From NCBI GenBank assembly GCA_973895155.1, contig OZ316895.1:17154170-17218169 (forward strand): a stretch of 64,000 bases of DNA, in the 5' to 3' direction. The stretch is from Marsupella aquatica (lineage: Eukaryota; Plantae; Marchantiophyta). Positions 51,516 to 63,415 of the stretch are shown piece after piece; position 1 is the stretch's first letter, and each line of letters starts with the position of its first letter. The notes under the pieces were generated by a model. That model was given only the letters and a program-made list of their open reading frames with translations. It did not search any database and was not told the origin of the DNA. Made by a program: the position numbers and the translations under genes.

Positions 51516-53943
51516 AAGAGTACTTTTTGGATAAGAATGTCAAAAATAGTCTCAAAATATAATTTTGTGTTTCTGTCCATGGTAGCTTTACAAACAATGT
51601 ATCTGTCCATCAAGGCTCAAATTTCAGGAGAAACATGACAAAGCCTATGGCTATTAATACAAGTTATGAGGATTATAACGAATGCTAATGGTGAAGGAAT
51701 ATTATGTATGTATATGCACCTTTTTTTAATCTGTCACCCCTACTGTAGCTATCACAATATATTGTATGAGCTGTCAATTGAAATCACCTATCACAGTGTA
51801 TTGTATAATTCATTGTTGACTGAAATTAATCAGTCAACAATGAAGGGGAGGAAAAGTAACTCCCTTTCATTGGGTTGTTTTGCCTTTGGACGTTTTCTGC
51901 CTTATGCAGTGTGATATATAATTAATCAAAATATACAAGGTAGAATGTCAAATTATGATACATTTGAAACTAACAAAACAGGCACATGAAAAATGTAATT
52001 CAAGGGGGGTGATTGAATCTTATGCAAATGATATTTCTAAAAGAAATTAAAGTGTCCTCTCATAATAATAATAATAAAACAAAGAGTACACCCTCATAAA
52101 GTACGTAAATAAAAAATTTAAATCTCACCAAAAAATTAAGCATGTCAGGCAGATGCGTTAGGCATATACCAGTGTCAAACATTGTCCAAAAATTATCAGG
52201 ATTAGCAACTGCCAGATTGAAAATTCCCCCCAGTAGTTTCTTGCCATTTGTTCGTGTTATTATCACCGATAGATTCCTCAATCATGCAGATTATCAACTA
52301 ACAGGAAGGATACCACGTATGAACGCACTTCGAATACAGAAAAGCGCAACGTGGACACAGGCATGGGCAGGCTTGAATGACCCGACTTCTGATAGGAGCT
52401 TAGGGATGTAATTGTCTCCAGGGGCTTGGCATACTCGGCATTTGGGAACCTATACAATTTATCGGGGGTAATTGTAGGAATCGACAAAGGTGGTATTGGA
52501 CAAACACTACGTTGCGGAGAAACTGGTGGGTAGGAAGTAGGTAGGACCTTTAACAATTGCCCCGCTTCAACCGTTTGATATGTATATGTATATATTCTCG
52601 TTTGATGAAGTTTGAAGTTTGTGCATTACTGGACTCAGAGAGGTGTGTATCCGAGTGTGGATCAATAATGAGATTGGTCCAGGTCACGATGGACGCTTTA
52701 ATATGATGTAACGGTATACTCCCCCAATATTAAGCTGGGCTTCAATGCATCAGAGCTGAACATAAATGCGAATATTTTGATGAGATTAGGGGTTATTATG
52801 TTCGTAACCAAGATTTAAAATTGTTAGCGTATTGTGGTCCGGAAACGATAATAAGCACCATTATCCCACACTGCTTCACATTCATGAGGAGCACCTAAAC
52901 TACGCTGACAAAAATTGTACTAATCTGTTAGGAAACGTGTAATTTAAACTACGTGACTGTGACTTCCCCAACCCACGCATGCAGTCGATGGACTGTGGAG
53001 ACTTACTCATATACTTTTCCCCTGCGAAAATTTATATGGCTGCAGGTCCATGTGTGGATGCTCGTGGATAGTTTTGGAATTACATTTAAGGTTTCGGAAA
53101 TTTCATCACTGAAATTCAACCCTGACCAAAAGAATGCCCTTAACTAGCAAAATATCTGATCACTAGCTACGTACGATTGGGAGAAGAACGACGACTAAAC
53201 AGGTCACGAGGTTTCCTTTAGATATTTCAGTCCCTACTTTTAGCACAACATTCATGATTGACTTCAGTCGAAGTTGTTTGTATCTATTCAGCGGATTAGA
53301 ACTAGTGAGAGCATAATGTGCATTCTTTTGGCATCGATAACTAAAGGCAGGTTGGATGCCAGCCCCCCCCCCCCCCCCCCCCCACCATTGAAAACTAAAT
53401 ATACAGAGTATATATAGAGAGAGTTGAATATAACTCTATGTGATCGATCAAGATGTGCCAATTGGTTTAATTTGCATGCCATTGTTCTCTTCATCACCTT
53501 CTCATCGACTACCATGCATGCAATGGAGAAGAGCGAACAGACGACACAACGGACTGGGAAAAATACTTGCTGGGTTTCACACACTCCATTCCTGAGATGA
53601 TAAGACGAATTTCAGAGTTGAAAGTAATATTGGTGATCGCCGGTTAGAATTAAGATCGATGTTTGCTCCAGTGTAATCGTGGTACACACAGTAATCCTGC
53701 CCTCGTAATCCTGCCCTCGTTGGATCGAAGCTGCCAATTTATCACAGAGAAACTTGATCCTGCAATGAAAGTGCTGTCCTGTCCCCGGTCCTGTCCTTTA
53801 GATGTAGATTCAATGTCTTACACTTTGGACTAAGTCCATGGGAGATAGAAGAAGCCCATGATCGGACCAACAGATTGTCTAACCCGTTCTCTAAAAGCCA
53901 TCCAGACACTCTAATTGTCAGCCTTTTACTTCCTCGTTATATA

Positions 53944-55205
53944 TTACGCTGAAGCTGTTTGTAGCGGTTGCTGTACCGCCCAGACACTCTTCTCTTCTCG
54001 GCTTTTACTATGATCCCGGTCAGAAACACTGCTGATTCTAACGAGATTCTTTCCTTGATGAGTAGCAACACCTTTAATCTGAAGCCAATCTTTATAAATG
54101 TAGTGGTCGTCTTCGACGTCCTCCGTCGACATTGCAGTCGTCATCGTCGTTGGGCGAACTAGTCTCCGCATCGAAGCCTGATTGTCCGGCTTGAGCACAT
54201 ACCCAAAGCTGTAGCGCTCACATTCGGCCTGTTGGCCTGGCGCGTACATCACGCGGTGCATGTTGCTGCGTAGAATTCCTCCGCTCCATTGAACCAGTGC
54301 GTCGGCAATGTTCACGATTGCACATCCCGGTTCTGGTCGCACCCATCTCCAGTTACAGTCTTCGTTTGCAAGCCCTGGTGGAAGGATTTGCAATCCCCCA
54401 ATTACGTTGAACAGTATAGTTATGCTCCCGTTGTCAGTGTGCCCGGCGCTGGAGGCTTTGCGCTTCCCAGCCGGCTGGGGCGGTACGTGGATCAGGCGAA
54501 CAGTCGTCATCGAGGGCTTCGATGTCGGATGTAGCGAGGCGAGAGTCCCAGACGGGAGATCCAAATGAGTGTCAAGGTGGCCGAGGATCAGAGTGCAAAT
54601 GTCGTGTGCATGATAAATAAAGGACTTCAGTAGCGGCTTCGATCTTTCAACAGGTGAAGGGTGGGCTTGTGGAGCACTTGTGCCCAGGATATGATCCTGA
54701 GTGACGCTGTAAAACTCCCACGAGTCTGCCGCACCGTTCTCGAGCTTATGAGATCCTATGGCCTTGTACCTAAACATTTGCATATATGAGCAAACGATTT
54801 AGCTCTTCTACTCGTCATACATAATCATATACATCAAAGATCAAAGACGAGGGGCCGCACGGATTCGGTCGAGCCCATAAAACAAAGTCAGAGTTGTTCT
54901 CACCCAAATATTCTAAGCTGTGGCGGCTCAAGGACTGTAAACGTCAGTTTCTCCGAAGTGTCTAAAGCGCTGACTTCACGGTCGAGTTCGAGAACACCGA
55001 CTGCATCATTCGTGAAGCTCTTGCCTTCTGGTGTGTCCTGAAGGTCGAGCAAAAAGAATCCATAGTGTGTACTTGCTTCGAAGAGTCTTTTGGACTCAGC
55101 CGGGTCAAGCGCGAGCAATCTACCATATGACAGTTTCGGGAGATTACATGTCGGCACATCGTCTGGGAAAGGAGGCTGACTACGAAAAATCTCTTCAGTT
55201 GGCAT
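53944..55205 (-). CDS. 2-oxoglutarate/Fe(II)-dependent dioxygenase (IPNS/DIOX_N + 2OG-FeII_Oxy), fungal-type; exons 55205-54904 and 54769-53944; 375 aa
   Basis: MPTEEIFRSQPPFPDDVPTCNLPKLSYGRLL...LFEASTHYGFFLL...FG|YK...GHTDNGSITILFNVIGGLQIL...VNIADAL..WSGGILRSNMHRV...RYS. The HxD...H triad and RxS are intact, and the phase-2 GT-AG intron restores the frame. An alternative 3' end may exist (see findings). Confidence 0.92.
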
Positions 55206-55602
55206 GTCGAAGAACTGAGGGATAGTGCTGAACACGTACTGAGATACAATAGCTATCTACTGGTCGTCTCGATGTAATTTTAGTCATTCTCATATCTGGT
55301 GGGACATATATATCGTTCACGTCTACTGTCAATCAATTTCAGTCATACCTCTCTGGTGGGACGGCTATAATTGTCACGTCTGCGGCCAAAGGATGGGAGG
55401 CGATGCCCTTCCATATGCCGGGAATAAATGCCTCCACAGAGAACAGAAACGCCACAGTTTCTGTTTTGGCGTTACCGCGTTCGTTTTTCTTGTCACGTTT
55501 TTCTGTTTTGGAACTCAGATTTGTTACTGCTCTTGAGTAAGATTTCCTGAATGTAATAAACGATAAATATATTACACGCCAAACAAAGTACAAGTAAAAG
55601 AA

Positions 55603-56440
55603 AATTAGTTCTTGGACCCCTTGGCTAATAAAATCAGGGGAGAGAGTAGATCTGAGCTATCTCCATTTCTTATTTCCGTAAATCTCATCCGTCCATCATA
55701 ATGGCCAATCTATGGCTCAAAAGAAAGATCTCAAATAGATCTATGGATGGGTTCTGTCTCTTTTGCAAATGGGTTAATATTTTTCAAATGAAAAATTAAA
55801 CAAATCCAAGCCTTCCTAGCTGTCGATTTTGTTTATTTTATGATCTTTGCCGTCCATTTTGTAATGCCTCTAGAAATCTTATTCATCCATGTTAGAAGGC
55901 GATCTAGGGTGCAAAAGAAAGATCTCAATGAAATCTACGACTGGGTATTTTTTGTTTTGAGAATGAGTAAATAGTTTTGAGTATAAAATTCGATAAACTT
56001 TCAAGATTCCAGCCATTCCTCCTCCCCGATCCTGGGTTTCTATGTGCTCTTCCCAGCATTAATGGCCGTACAATACGAGAGGTCCTTACATACCGGGAGT
56101 TGCGGTTTAACAAGGAAGTTATCAAGTTAGTTATTAGTTATTAGTTATTACATGAAAAATATTTTTTATAAATCTTTGAATTTAAGTTTTAAAATTAGAA
56201 ATATAACTAAAACGGTTACACAGTGACAATTTTAACCGTCTTGCTCTTTGCATTTCCAATGTTTTTATTTTTCTTTTTACGGCACGGTGTCCTAAAATTT
56301 ACACCCAAATTGACACAAACACGAATGAAAACTATAAGTTTGATTCACAAAACTGACGAGTCTTGTTTGTTGCGGTTGTTGTTGACGTGACACGCTGTGG
56401 TGCCAGGAATTTTGGAAGGGACCTCTAGTGGGGTCCGTAA
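55603..56440 (-). mobile_element. Asymmetric-terminus element, copy B (~0.84 kb), in the dioxygenase upstream region
   Basis: AATTAGTTCTTGGACCCC...GGGGTCCGTAA. 56360-56440 is a near-exact reverse complement of 30953-31030. Confidence 0.6.
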
Positions 56441-56867
56441 CAAAAGAAGTCCATATAGCAAACCAAAGAAGTCCAAAGTGGACAAACACAAAAGACTCAA
56501 TTGCCCAACCCTAAAGAAAAAGAACAAAAGAATTGAAAGGTGCTTATCCACAAGAAGTGCTCTACCTATTTTAAGTTAAATTAGCCCATACAGTGCTTGT
56601 GCACAAGTGTCCATCTTGCATTCCCCTGTTCCCTGACTTTGCTGAACTTCATTTTCCATCTCCCACTACACTCCGCAGTTTGCACTTGCCAATTACTGCG
56701 ACTGTGGTTAACCTCATTTGCAGTACATAACCAACCACTTTGCTAACGTGGTTTGTGACTAAAAACTATGGTTGGTCACTCCCAGTAGCCACCTCCCCCA
56801 CCTGAACAGTTGGGGAGTTCGCCAGTCTGGCAAAAATTTCAAATTCTTAAAAATATGTTGCTCCCCC

Positions 56868-57502
56868 GGGGTCCTCACTAGCTTCTTTTCTTCCAACCCA
56901 TCGCGCGTGAAGATGTTAGGGGTTTTAAATAGAATTGCGCGGAAGAGTTTCAAATACTAGGGGTGTCTTAATCCAATATTGAGACTTACAAGAACTATAG
57001 CGGTTTTTAATATCAAATGTGAGAATATTCCATAAAGTTAAGGGTTAAAAAATACTACAAATCTACTTTATTTTCTTAAGTTTTAGGGTGTTTATTACTT
57101 GAAAACTTTGTAGGTGATATATCTGGGACATGTTAAGGATTGCTCTTAGTCTTGTGACTCATAGGTTACGGCACTTAGGCTAACCACAGTTAGGATCTTA
57201 GCTGAGGTTAGGTTAGTCGTGTGTGACCTTGTATATACCAGGGCTAGTGTAAGCCGCTGGTGGGTGGTGCTAACTCATTGTAACGGAGCAACTTGAGGAA
57301 GAGGAAGAGCATGTGTGTTCGTCTACTCTTGAAGTAAAGCTTGAGTGTTCGTGTGGACATAGCCTTGGAGAAGAGGTGAACCACGTAGAGATTGTGTCGA
57401 CTACGTGTGCATGGAATGAGTCATGGTTGTATGGTCGTTGCGAATGACGTCTTAGTTCAACAAGACCTCCCTTGGACTGGCCGACCCTTGGAGTGAGGGC
57501 CC
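56868..57502 (+). mobile_element. MITE family A, copy 4, interrupted by a solo LTR
   Basis: ggggtcctcac...gtgatat...gggaca [LTR] agacctcccttgg...gtgagggccc. Confidence 0.65.
57131..57462 (+). mobile_element. Solo LTR (same family as 25628-25959)
   Basis: TGTTAAGGATTGCTCTTAGTC...TTCAACA, the same length as and highly similar to 25628-25959. The TSD has diverged (GGACA/AGACC). Confidence 0.88.
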
Positions 57503-57949
57503 GAGGCTAGTCGAAGCCCATCGAGTTGTTTGACTCTTTGGCTCACACGCAGAATAATTATTTAAAATAAGATTCATTCTTGGGGGAAAATTCTAGAATA
57601 ATTGTGCTTGCAATGAAAAGTAAAATGACACTGTCTAGACAATGTATCTAAGGTGAGATGAGAGTACCTCCAAAGTCCAGCAAACAGTCCAGACTGTTTG
57701 TAGGGGGTTCAAAGAGCCCGAAAACTTATAGAATACAACTTGAGGAATGGTAACACTTCCTGAGTCCTTGGCATATATAGGAAAGATCATGTAACGAATG
57801 GGTGAAAGTATAAATACATATTTACTAGATATGATGAGACTCACAACAACAGCAAAGTTTGTTAAGTCTCTAAATGTATTCAAAATCTAATCTATGCATG
57901 CCCCTAGTCTTTATACTACCATATATGCATGTTGGATGGTTAATCATAC

Positions 57950-58384
57950 CCTAAAACCCTAAATCATATACTAAACACTAAACCTCAAAATAGTCATTTA
58001 TCATTTTTGGTTTAAATGACTACTAACATTTTTAAACACTGATATTTGCATATTGTATTAATAGTCATTAGTCACTGTCATCCGAAATGACGTCCCAAAT
58101 GTAAAACATTGATATGACAGGGTTTTTGTCAATCGCATCATTGACGGAGACTGTCCAAAATGACTACAACTCATCAGTGTTGTCATTATAGCAATCAAAG
58201 TCATTTGGCTCATTGATTTAAATGACTCTATTAAAGTTATTAGTCATTTTTTTGCTCCGTCATTATAGACAGTCATTAATGTGTCATTCATGTCATGTCA
58301 TTGAAATATATTGCATTTGGGCACATAAGCCATATGTGTCATAGTCATAAAAGCTTGCATAAAAGGTCCCATTTTCTACTAGTG
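57950..58384 (+). mobile_element. CACTA right terminus with subterminal repeats
   Basis: Many agtcatt/aatgact repeats ending in TTTTCTACTAGTG at 58384. Confidence 0.7.
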
Positions 58385-58390
58385 TACCTA

Positions 58391-58831
58391 GGGGCCCCAA
58401 ACCAATTTATTTGTTATTTTCACCCCCATTTTGTATACGGGCTAGTATTGCCTCAGTAGACTAACTCAACCTCTGTCTTTGTTGGTGTAGGGCTTCCGGC
58501 TGCCCTCCCGCTACCATGTGGCAAGGTGCCATTGGCTGCAGGCTTAACCCGCTTCTTTCCCCCTTCCTGTGTTTCTGGCCAAAAGTTCCATGCTGACAAT
58601 TCAAGTGTAGCTTAACTCTGCTGCAGCGCATAATAATCAGATCATTTAAGGGGGACATAAGCAAGTTCAGTCTGCAGCCAATGGAGCCTTGCCCCTGTCT
58701 TGCCACAGGGCAATGGAGGCCCTTGTACACTAATGAAGATAGAGGTTGAGTTAGGTCTACTGAGGCAATATTAACCCATCTGCAAATCATAACGGGTTCA
58801 GTTTAGTAAATCAATTTGTTTGGGGGACACC
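58391..58831. mobile_element. Fold-back MITE (long imperfect inverted repeat)
   Basis: gggctagtattgcctcagtagactaactcaacctct (58439) pairs with agaggttgagttaggtctactgaggcaatattaaccc (58741). Outer ccccaaac/gtttgggg and inner ccattggctgcag/ctgcagccaatgg pairs are also present. Confidence 0.8.
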
Positions 58832-59929
58832 TTAGTAAATTCAGTTAAATTGGGGATCAGGTTAACTAGTCAAAAGCTGTGAGACAAAATCAGCCGTAAA
58901 GGAGTATTTTTGCCTGGAATCAGTGGGAAGGTCACAAATGTCATATTGTAGGAAAGGGGCGTGAGACCGTAACTATTTCCAGGCCTCTTAATCTAAAGGG
59001 AGCTGCTATTGGGCAAATCCCACCTGACCTGTTCAGGAGGCTATATTTCTGTTGTTGATTTCTATTTCATAGTAGGAAGGAGTTTGAATTCTTTGATTTT
59101 TCATCCATGTGCAATTTCCCGAAGAGTTTTCCCAATTTTAAAAATGACCCCCCTGAATGATTTTTGCATTTTTTTCTTTTCAGAGTTTGAAAGTGGCACA
59201 AGAGAACCACACAAACCCCACTCATCCAACACTGGCTGGAGATGCTTCTGTAGAGAACCCACATGACCACATTTAAGATTATTGTACTATATACTATTTG
59301 ATTTGTTGGATCATGAAAGTCCAATTTTTTCCATGTGTTACTGAAAATACCCCATTGTAATGCTTTTAATTTTGTGTTTATATTAACCCCTTCAAATACA
59401 ATTTGGAACTCTTTTCCTTCACCTATCCTCAATTGTGTCCCAGTTTGAATTTGGAAACTAAAGCCAGGATGGCCAGCATGTTGAACACAGTGCTTCTATG
59501 GACCACATTTTGGTGGTCCATGCGAGTTTGGGGCCCATAACTTGATGATTATAACTCCTAAAATTGATAAGGCTAGAAGTTAAGGCATTACAGTGCACAC
59601 ATCCATAAGGATTGGTATAAGGTTTAACCTAAATTGTAACTTTAAAATAGATAATTAAAGCTACAAGTTGAGGCACTCTAGTGGCACACATCCATTAAAT
59701 ATGGGGGTAAGTGTAGTCTTTGACCCTATGGTAGCTGTAACGTGAAAATTGATGAGGTTGCAAATTAAGGCATTGTAGGTTCACATCTGTTGGTGTACTG
59801 TTTGACCCCACTTGTAATCTTAAGATTGATAAGGTACAATAGACATTTCAATAATCCCAACACTAGACTAACATCATTTGAAGTTAATTTTTTCATTCTC
59901 ATTTTTTCAAAATTTTGATAATATATAAA

Positions 59930-60720
59930 TGCACAGAGTTGACCTAAATTATGTACATGGCTTTGACTTTGTCAACTTATGTAAGTAGGCTTAGGGTAAG
60001 GTTGGCTTAGCATAAAAGTTGAGGTATATATCCCCTATATCCTCTCCATCTCAACAAAATTTGAACTCATTTGGTTAAGTGAAGTGAAGTCAACTTTGGT
60101 CTTATCTTAATTCACTACTCAGAAATTTGTTTGAGCTTAATCTTCTAGCCACAGATTTCACCACAGATTCCACTAGTTTTCCTAATCTTAGATAATTTTC
60201 AGCTCATTTGGTTGAGTAGAAAATGACAAATCACATGGATTTGGCTTGATTTTGTCCATAGCTTAATTTTAGCCGGCTTAGGAAAGTGGCTAAGGGTAAA
60301 ATTGTGCCAATTTCAAGTCCAAATATAGTTTTATTTTGAACTCACAATTCTGACCTCAGTTTGAGCTCAAGCTTTAACTACATAATTATTCTCCTAGATT
60401 TCCTCTAGCTCTCAACAAAATTTCAGCAGAAATTGTAAGGGGAAAGTGAAAAATTGTAAAGGTTCAGATTGATTTTGGTTTCTTGACATCAATTTCGTCA
60501 CCTTTAGGTAACATAGGCTTAGATTAAGATTGTTTTAAGACAAATTTGAAATATGAAATTATTTAGAACTCACAATTTGGAGCTTAGTTTGAGCTCAAAC
60601 TTCAATGGTCGCCTAGCTTCCCTAGGATCCTATAGAGAGTTTTCAGCCCATTTGGTTGAGTAGAGCAAAAATGAAATTGTCTAGGGATCCAGGTTTATTT
60701 TGGCTTCAACTTAGTTGACC
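59930..60720 (+). repeat. Degenerate ~225-bp tandem repeat
   Basis: gaactcacaatt...agtttgagctcaa at 60338 and 60567; catttggttgagtaga at ~60205 and ~60648. Confidence 0.55.
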
Positions 60721-61528
60721 TACATTACTGGCCCGTATTTAGTTACTCGTTACAGACAACAAATCACTTCACATTGGAGATCAAATAAGATGACACTGAA
60801 TCAATTTACATGGGAAGGGGCATTCAAGTTTATATATAACAACTTGGAAAAATGTGCATGGGAGATAGTAAAGTTTGTACATATTCTTCATGTCAAGCTA
60901 GATTTTCAATATTTAAGAATATTTACATATATTTTACCACAAGACATTATTGTGCTGGAAGTGAGGTACACAAAATCTTCTCATGATCGGCTGAACTGAT
61001 GGGCGTTGATTTGAGCTTTTCTCTGGGCATTCTTCCCCATGTGGGCTACCTCTTTGTTTCACTCAAAGTTTATTCATCCAGGGGCCAAAGAAGATTTTGA
61101 GGTGAACACATAATGTTCTTAGGCCTGGACATAATGTTCTTAGGGGGACAGAAATGTTCATGGTTTATGAAACTTCACATTTAAAATCTTCCGCAACTCT
61201 GCCGTGGCAAAGTACTCGAAATGCTCCTTGTAACAAGAGCAGCGCTCTCTAAAAAATAGGATTCATTAAGAATACTCCCCCAAAAAATCTCAAGTAGCTC
61301 TATAGCAATAAATTAGTCAAAATCACTATTTATAACAAGAACTCAAAAATAGTATTCAGCAACAATGCTTATGCAAATTAAAATTCCCTTTAGCTCCACA
61401 GTGGAAAAAATTCTACAAACCCGGTAAGAAGAGCAATGTTATATGAACTACAAAATTATGTAAAAACATTTCTGAAAGTCGTATAATCATACCGCAAAGT
61501 GCCAATGCCCTAGAATCTTAAGAAAGTG

Positions 61529-61711
61529 GAGGTATTTGCTTGATCTACCCCCAAAATGAAACTTGTTACTTGATCAACCCCTTGAGGTCTATCAATGGTC
61601 CATATCTGAGATCTAAAGGTCCATCAACGGTCCAGATTGGGGAAAATCATGGAGGGGGTTGATTAAGCAGCCAAAATTTTTCAAGAAGGGGGTGTACTAA
61701 GCATATCTCTC
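61529..61711. mobile_element. Mutator-like MITE, 183 bp
   Basis: Imperfect TIR gaggtatttgcttgatctaccccc / gggggtgtactaagcatatctctc, with a perfect 10-bp TSD, TAAGAAAGTG. Confidence 0.85.
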
Positions 61712-62639
61712 TAAGAAAGTGTGTAGAAAAATATGAATCCATTGTAAAAATTGAGGTTATTTCCAGGGCATTAGATTTGCCCCATAGTCTCCTTGGTGAG
61801 AATTGTTTCTTTGGTTCATGAGTCATTGTGTTGGTTGTTTCCCCTTTAGCTAGCGGGGCTTACTAAAAATTATTTTTGAGTAAATTGAGTTCATTTGTAT
61901 TTTACCATTGAACAAATTACTTGAGGCAGTATGAGTAAAATGTGAAGTTTCATAATTAAACCATGAAGGCCAAATCAGGTATTTATATAAGGGCCTAATG
62001 TACTTTATATTTTATATATTTTTTGAACTATATTGGGGAATGGAGCGAAGCCTTTCAACAATTAAAGTGCTCTGGCCTCTGACAAAATATCTTTAAGACA
62101 AAGTTAGGACACGGAAAATCTTTGGACGGAAATGATTATTTAATCATTGACACTATTTTGTATGGACAGAAAAGTTAACACTAGTATTAACTCCTATAAT
62201 AGACAATTGTGCCACTTTTTAGAGTGGGTGTCATTCAAAGTTGCAAGGCACAAAAATTAGAAAATCTGACCAAGAGAAGGAATAAACCAAATTGAATTAT
62301 ATTTAGTGTGAAGTAAAGAGTGACACTTTTTCTAAGCAAGAAGCAAAGGGGCATGTCAGGGAATGTCAATGCACAATAATCAAGTACTTTATGGACCATT
62401 TACGGATGGTACTACTCTCCATGCATATGAATCCCCATGCATAGAAATAGTACTCTCCATGCCTAGGCATTCATATCAAGTACCACATGATGATCTATGT
62501 CCTAGGAGGAGTTTAATTGATTACAAATATTGATGGGAAAAGGTTTTCAAGGAATTCAAAAATGAAAAATATGAAAACAAAAATCATTCTTAACTGGTGA
62601 TACTCTGTCGTTGTTGTTATTGATTTTTTGCACCCTTTT

Positions 62640-63360
62640 TGCACAACATTCTTAAGAACATCTTGGGCGACATCACGTTTTTTTTCTTAACAACATTTTG
62701 GGTGACACAACATTTTTTTTCTTAAATAACAACATCTATTTTTCTTAATGACATCTTAGATGACATGACATCTTTTTTCTTAGTAACATCTTGGCAACAT
62801 GACATCTTTTTTTCTTAACTACATCTTGAGGGACACGACATCTTTTCTCTTCACGACATCTTTTTTCTTCACGATATCTTTTTTCTTCAAGATATCTTTT
62901 GTGCAACGCATGGATATTTTCTTCACGGCATCTTTTGTTCTTAACGATTTCTTGGCTGACACGACATCTTTTGTTATCACCAACATCTTGGCTGACACAA
63001 CATCTTCCTTCTCAATGACCTCTTGGCCGACATGACATCTTTTGTTCTCAACTACCTCTTGGCCGACACGACATCTTTTGTTATCACCGGCATCTTGACC
63101 AAGACGACATCTTTTGTTCTCACATCTTGGGCGACACAACATCTTTCTTCTCAACAACGTCTTGGGCAACACGGCATCTTTCTTCTTAACAACGTCTTGG
63201 GCGACACGATATCTTTCTTCTCAACGACCTCTTGGCCGACACAACATCTTTATTCTCAACATCCTCTTGGCTGACACAACCTCTTTTGTTCTCAACGTCA
63301 TCGGGAACAACATCTTGGATGTCACGACATCTTTTATGCAACGCACGGGTATTGAGCTAG
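62640..63360 (+). mobile_element. Helitron 3' portion
   Basis: A gacacgacatctttt...aacaacatcttgg repeat array ends in the hairpin tgcaacgcacggg + tattgagCTAG|T, the canonical Helitron 3' end. Confidence 0.85.
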
Positions 63361-63415
63361 TTCATGCATATTTTTATGTGTTAGCCCAGTCCATCCAAGT
63401 TTCATTTATCCATGG

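Noticed and set aside
53944-55205. Dioxygenase as fungal contamination
   Set aside because: It is flanked by TE families shared with the plant part of the window and has a decayed local duplicate. Read-level confirmation is still needed.
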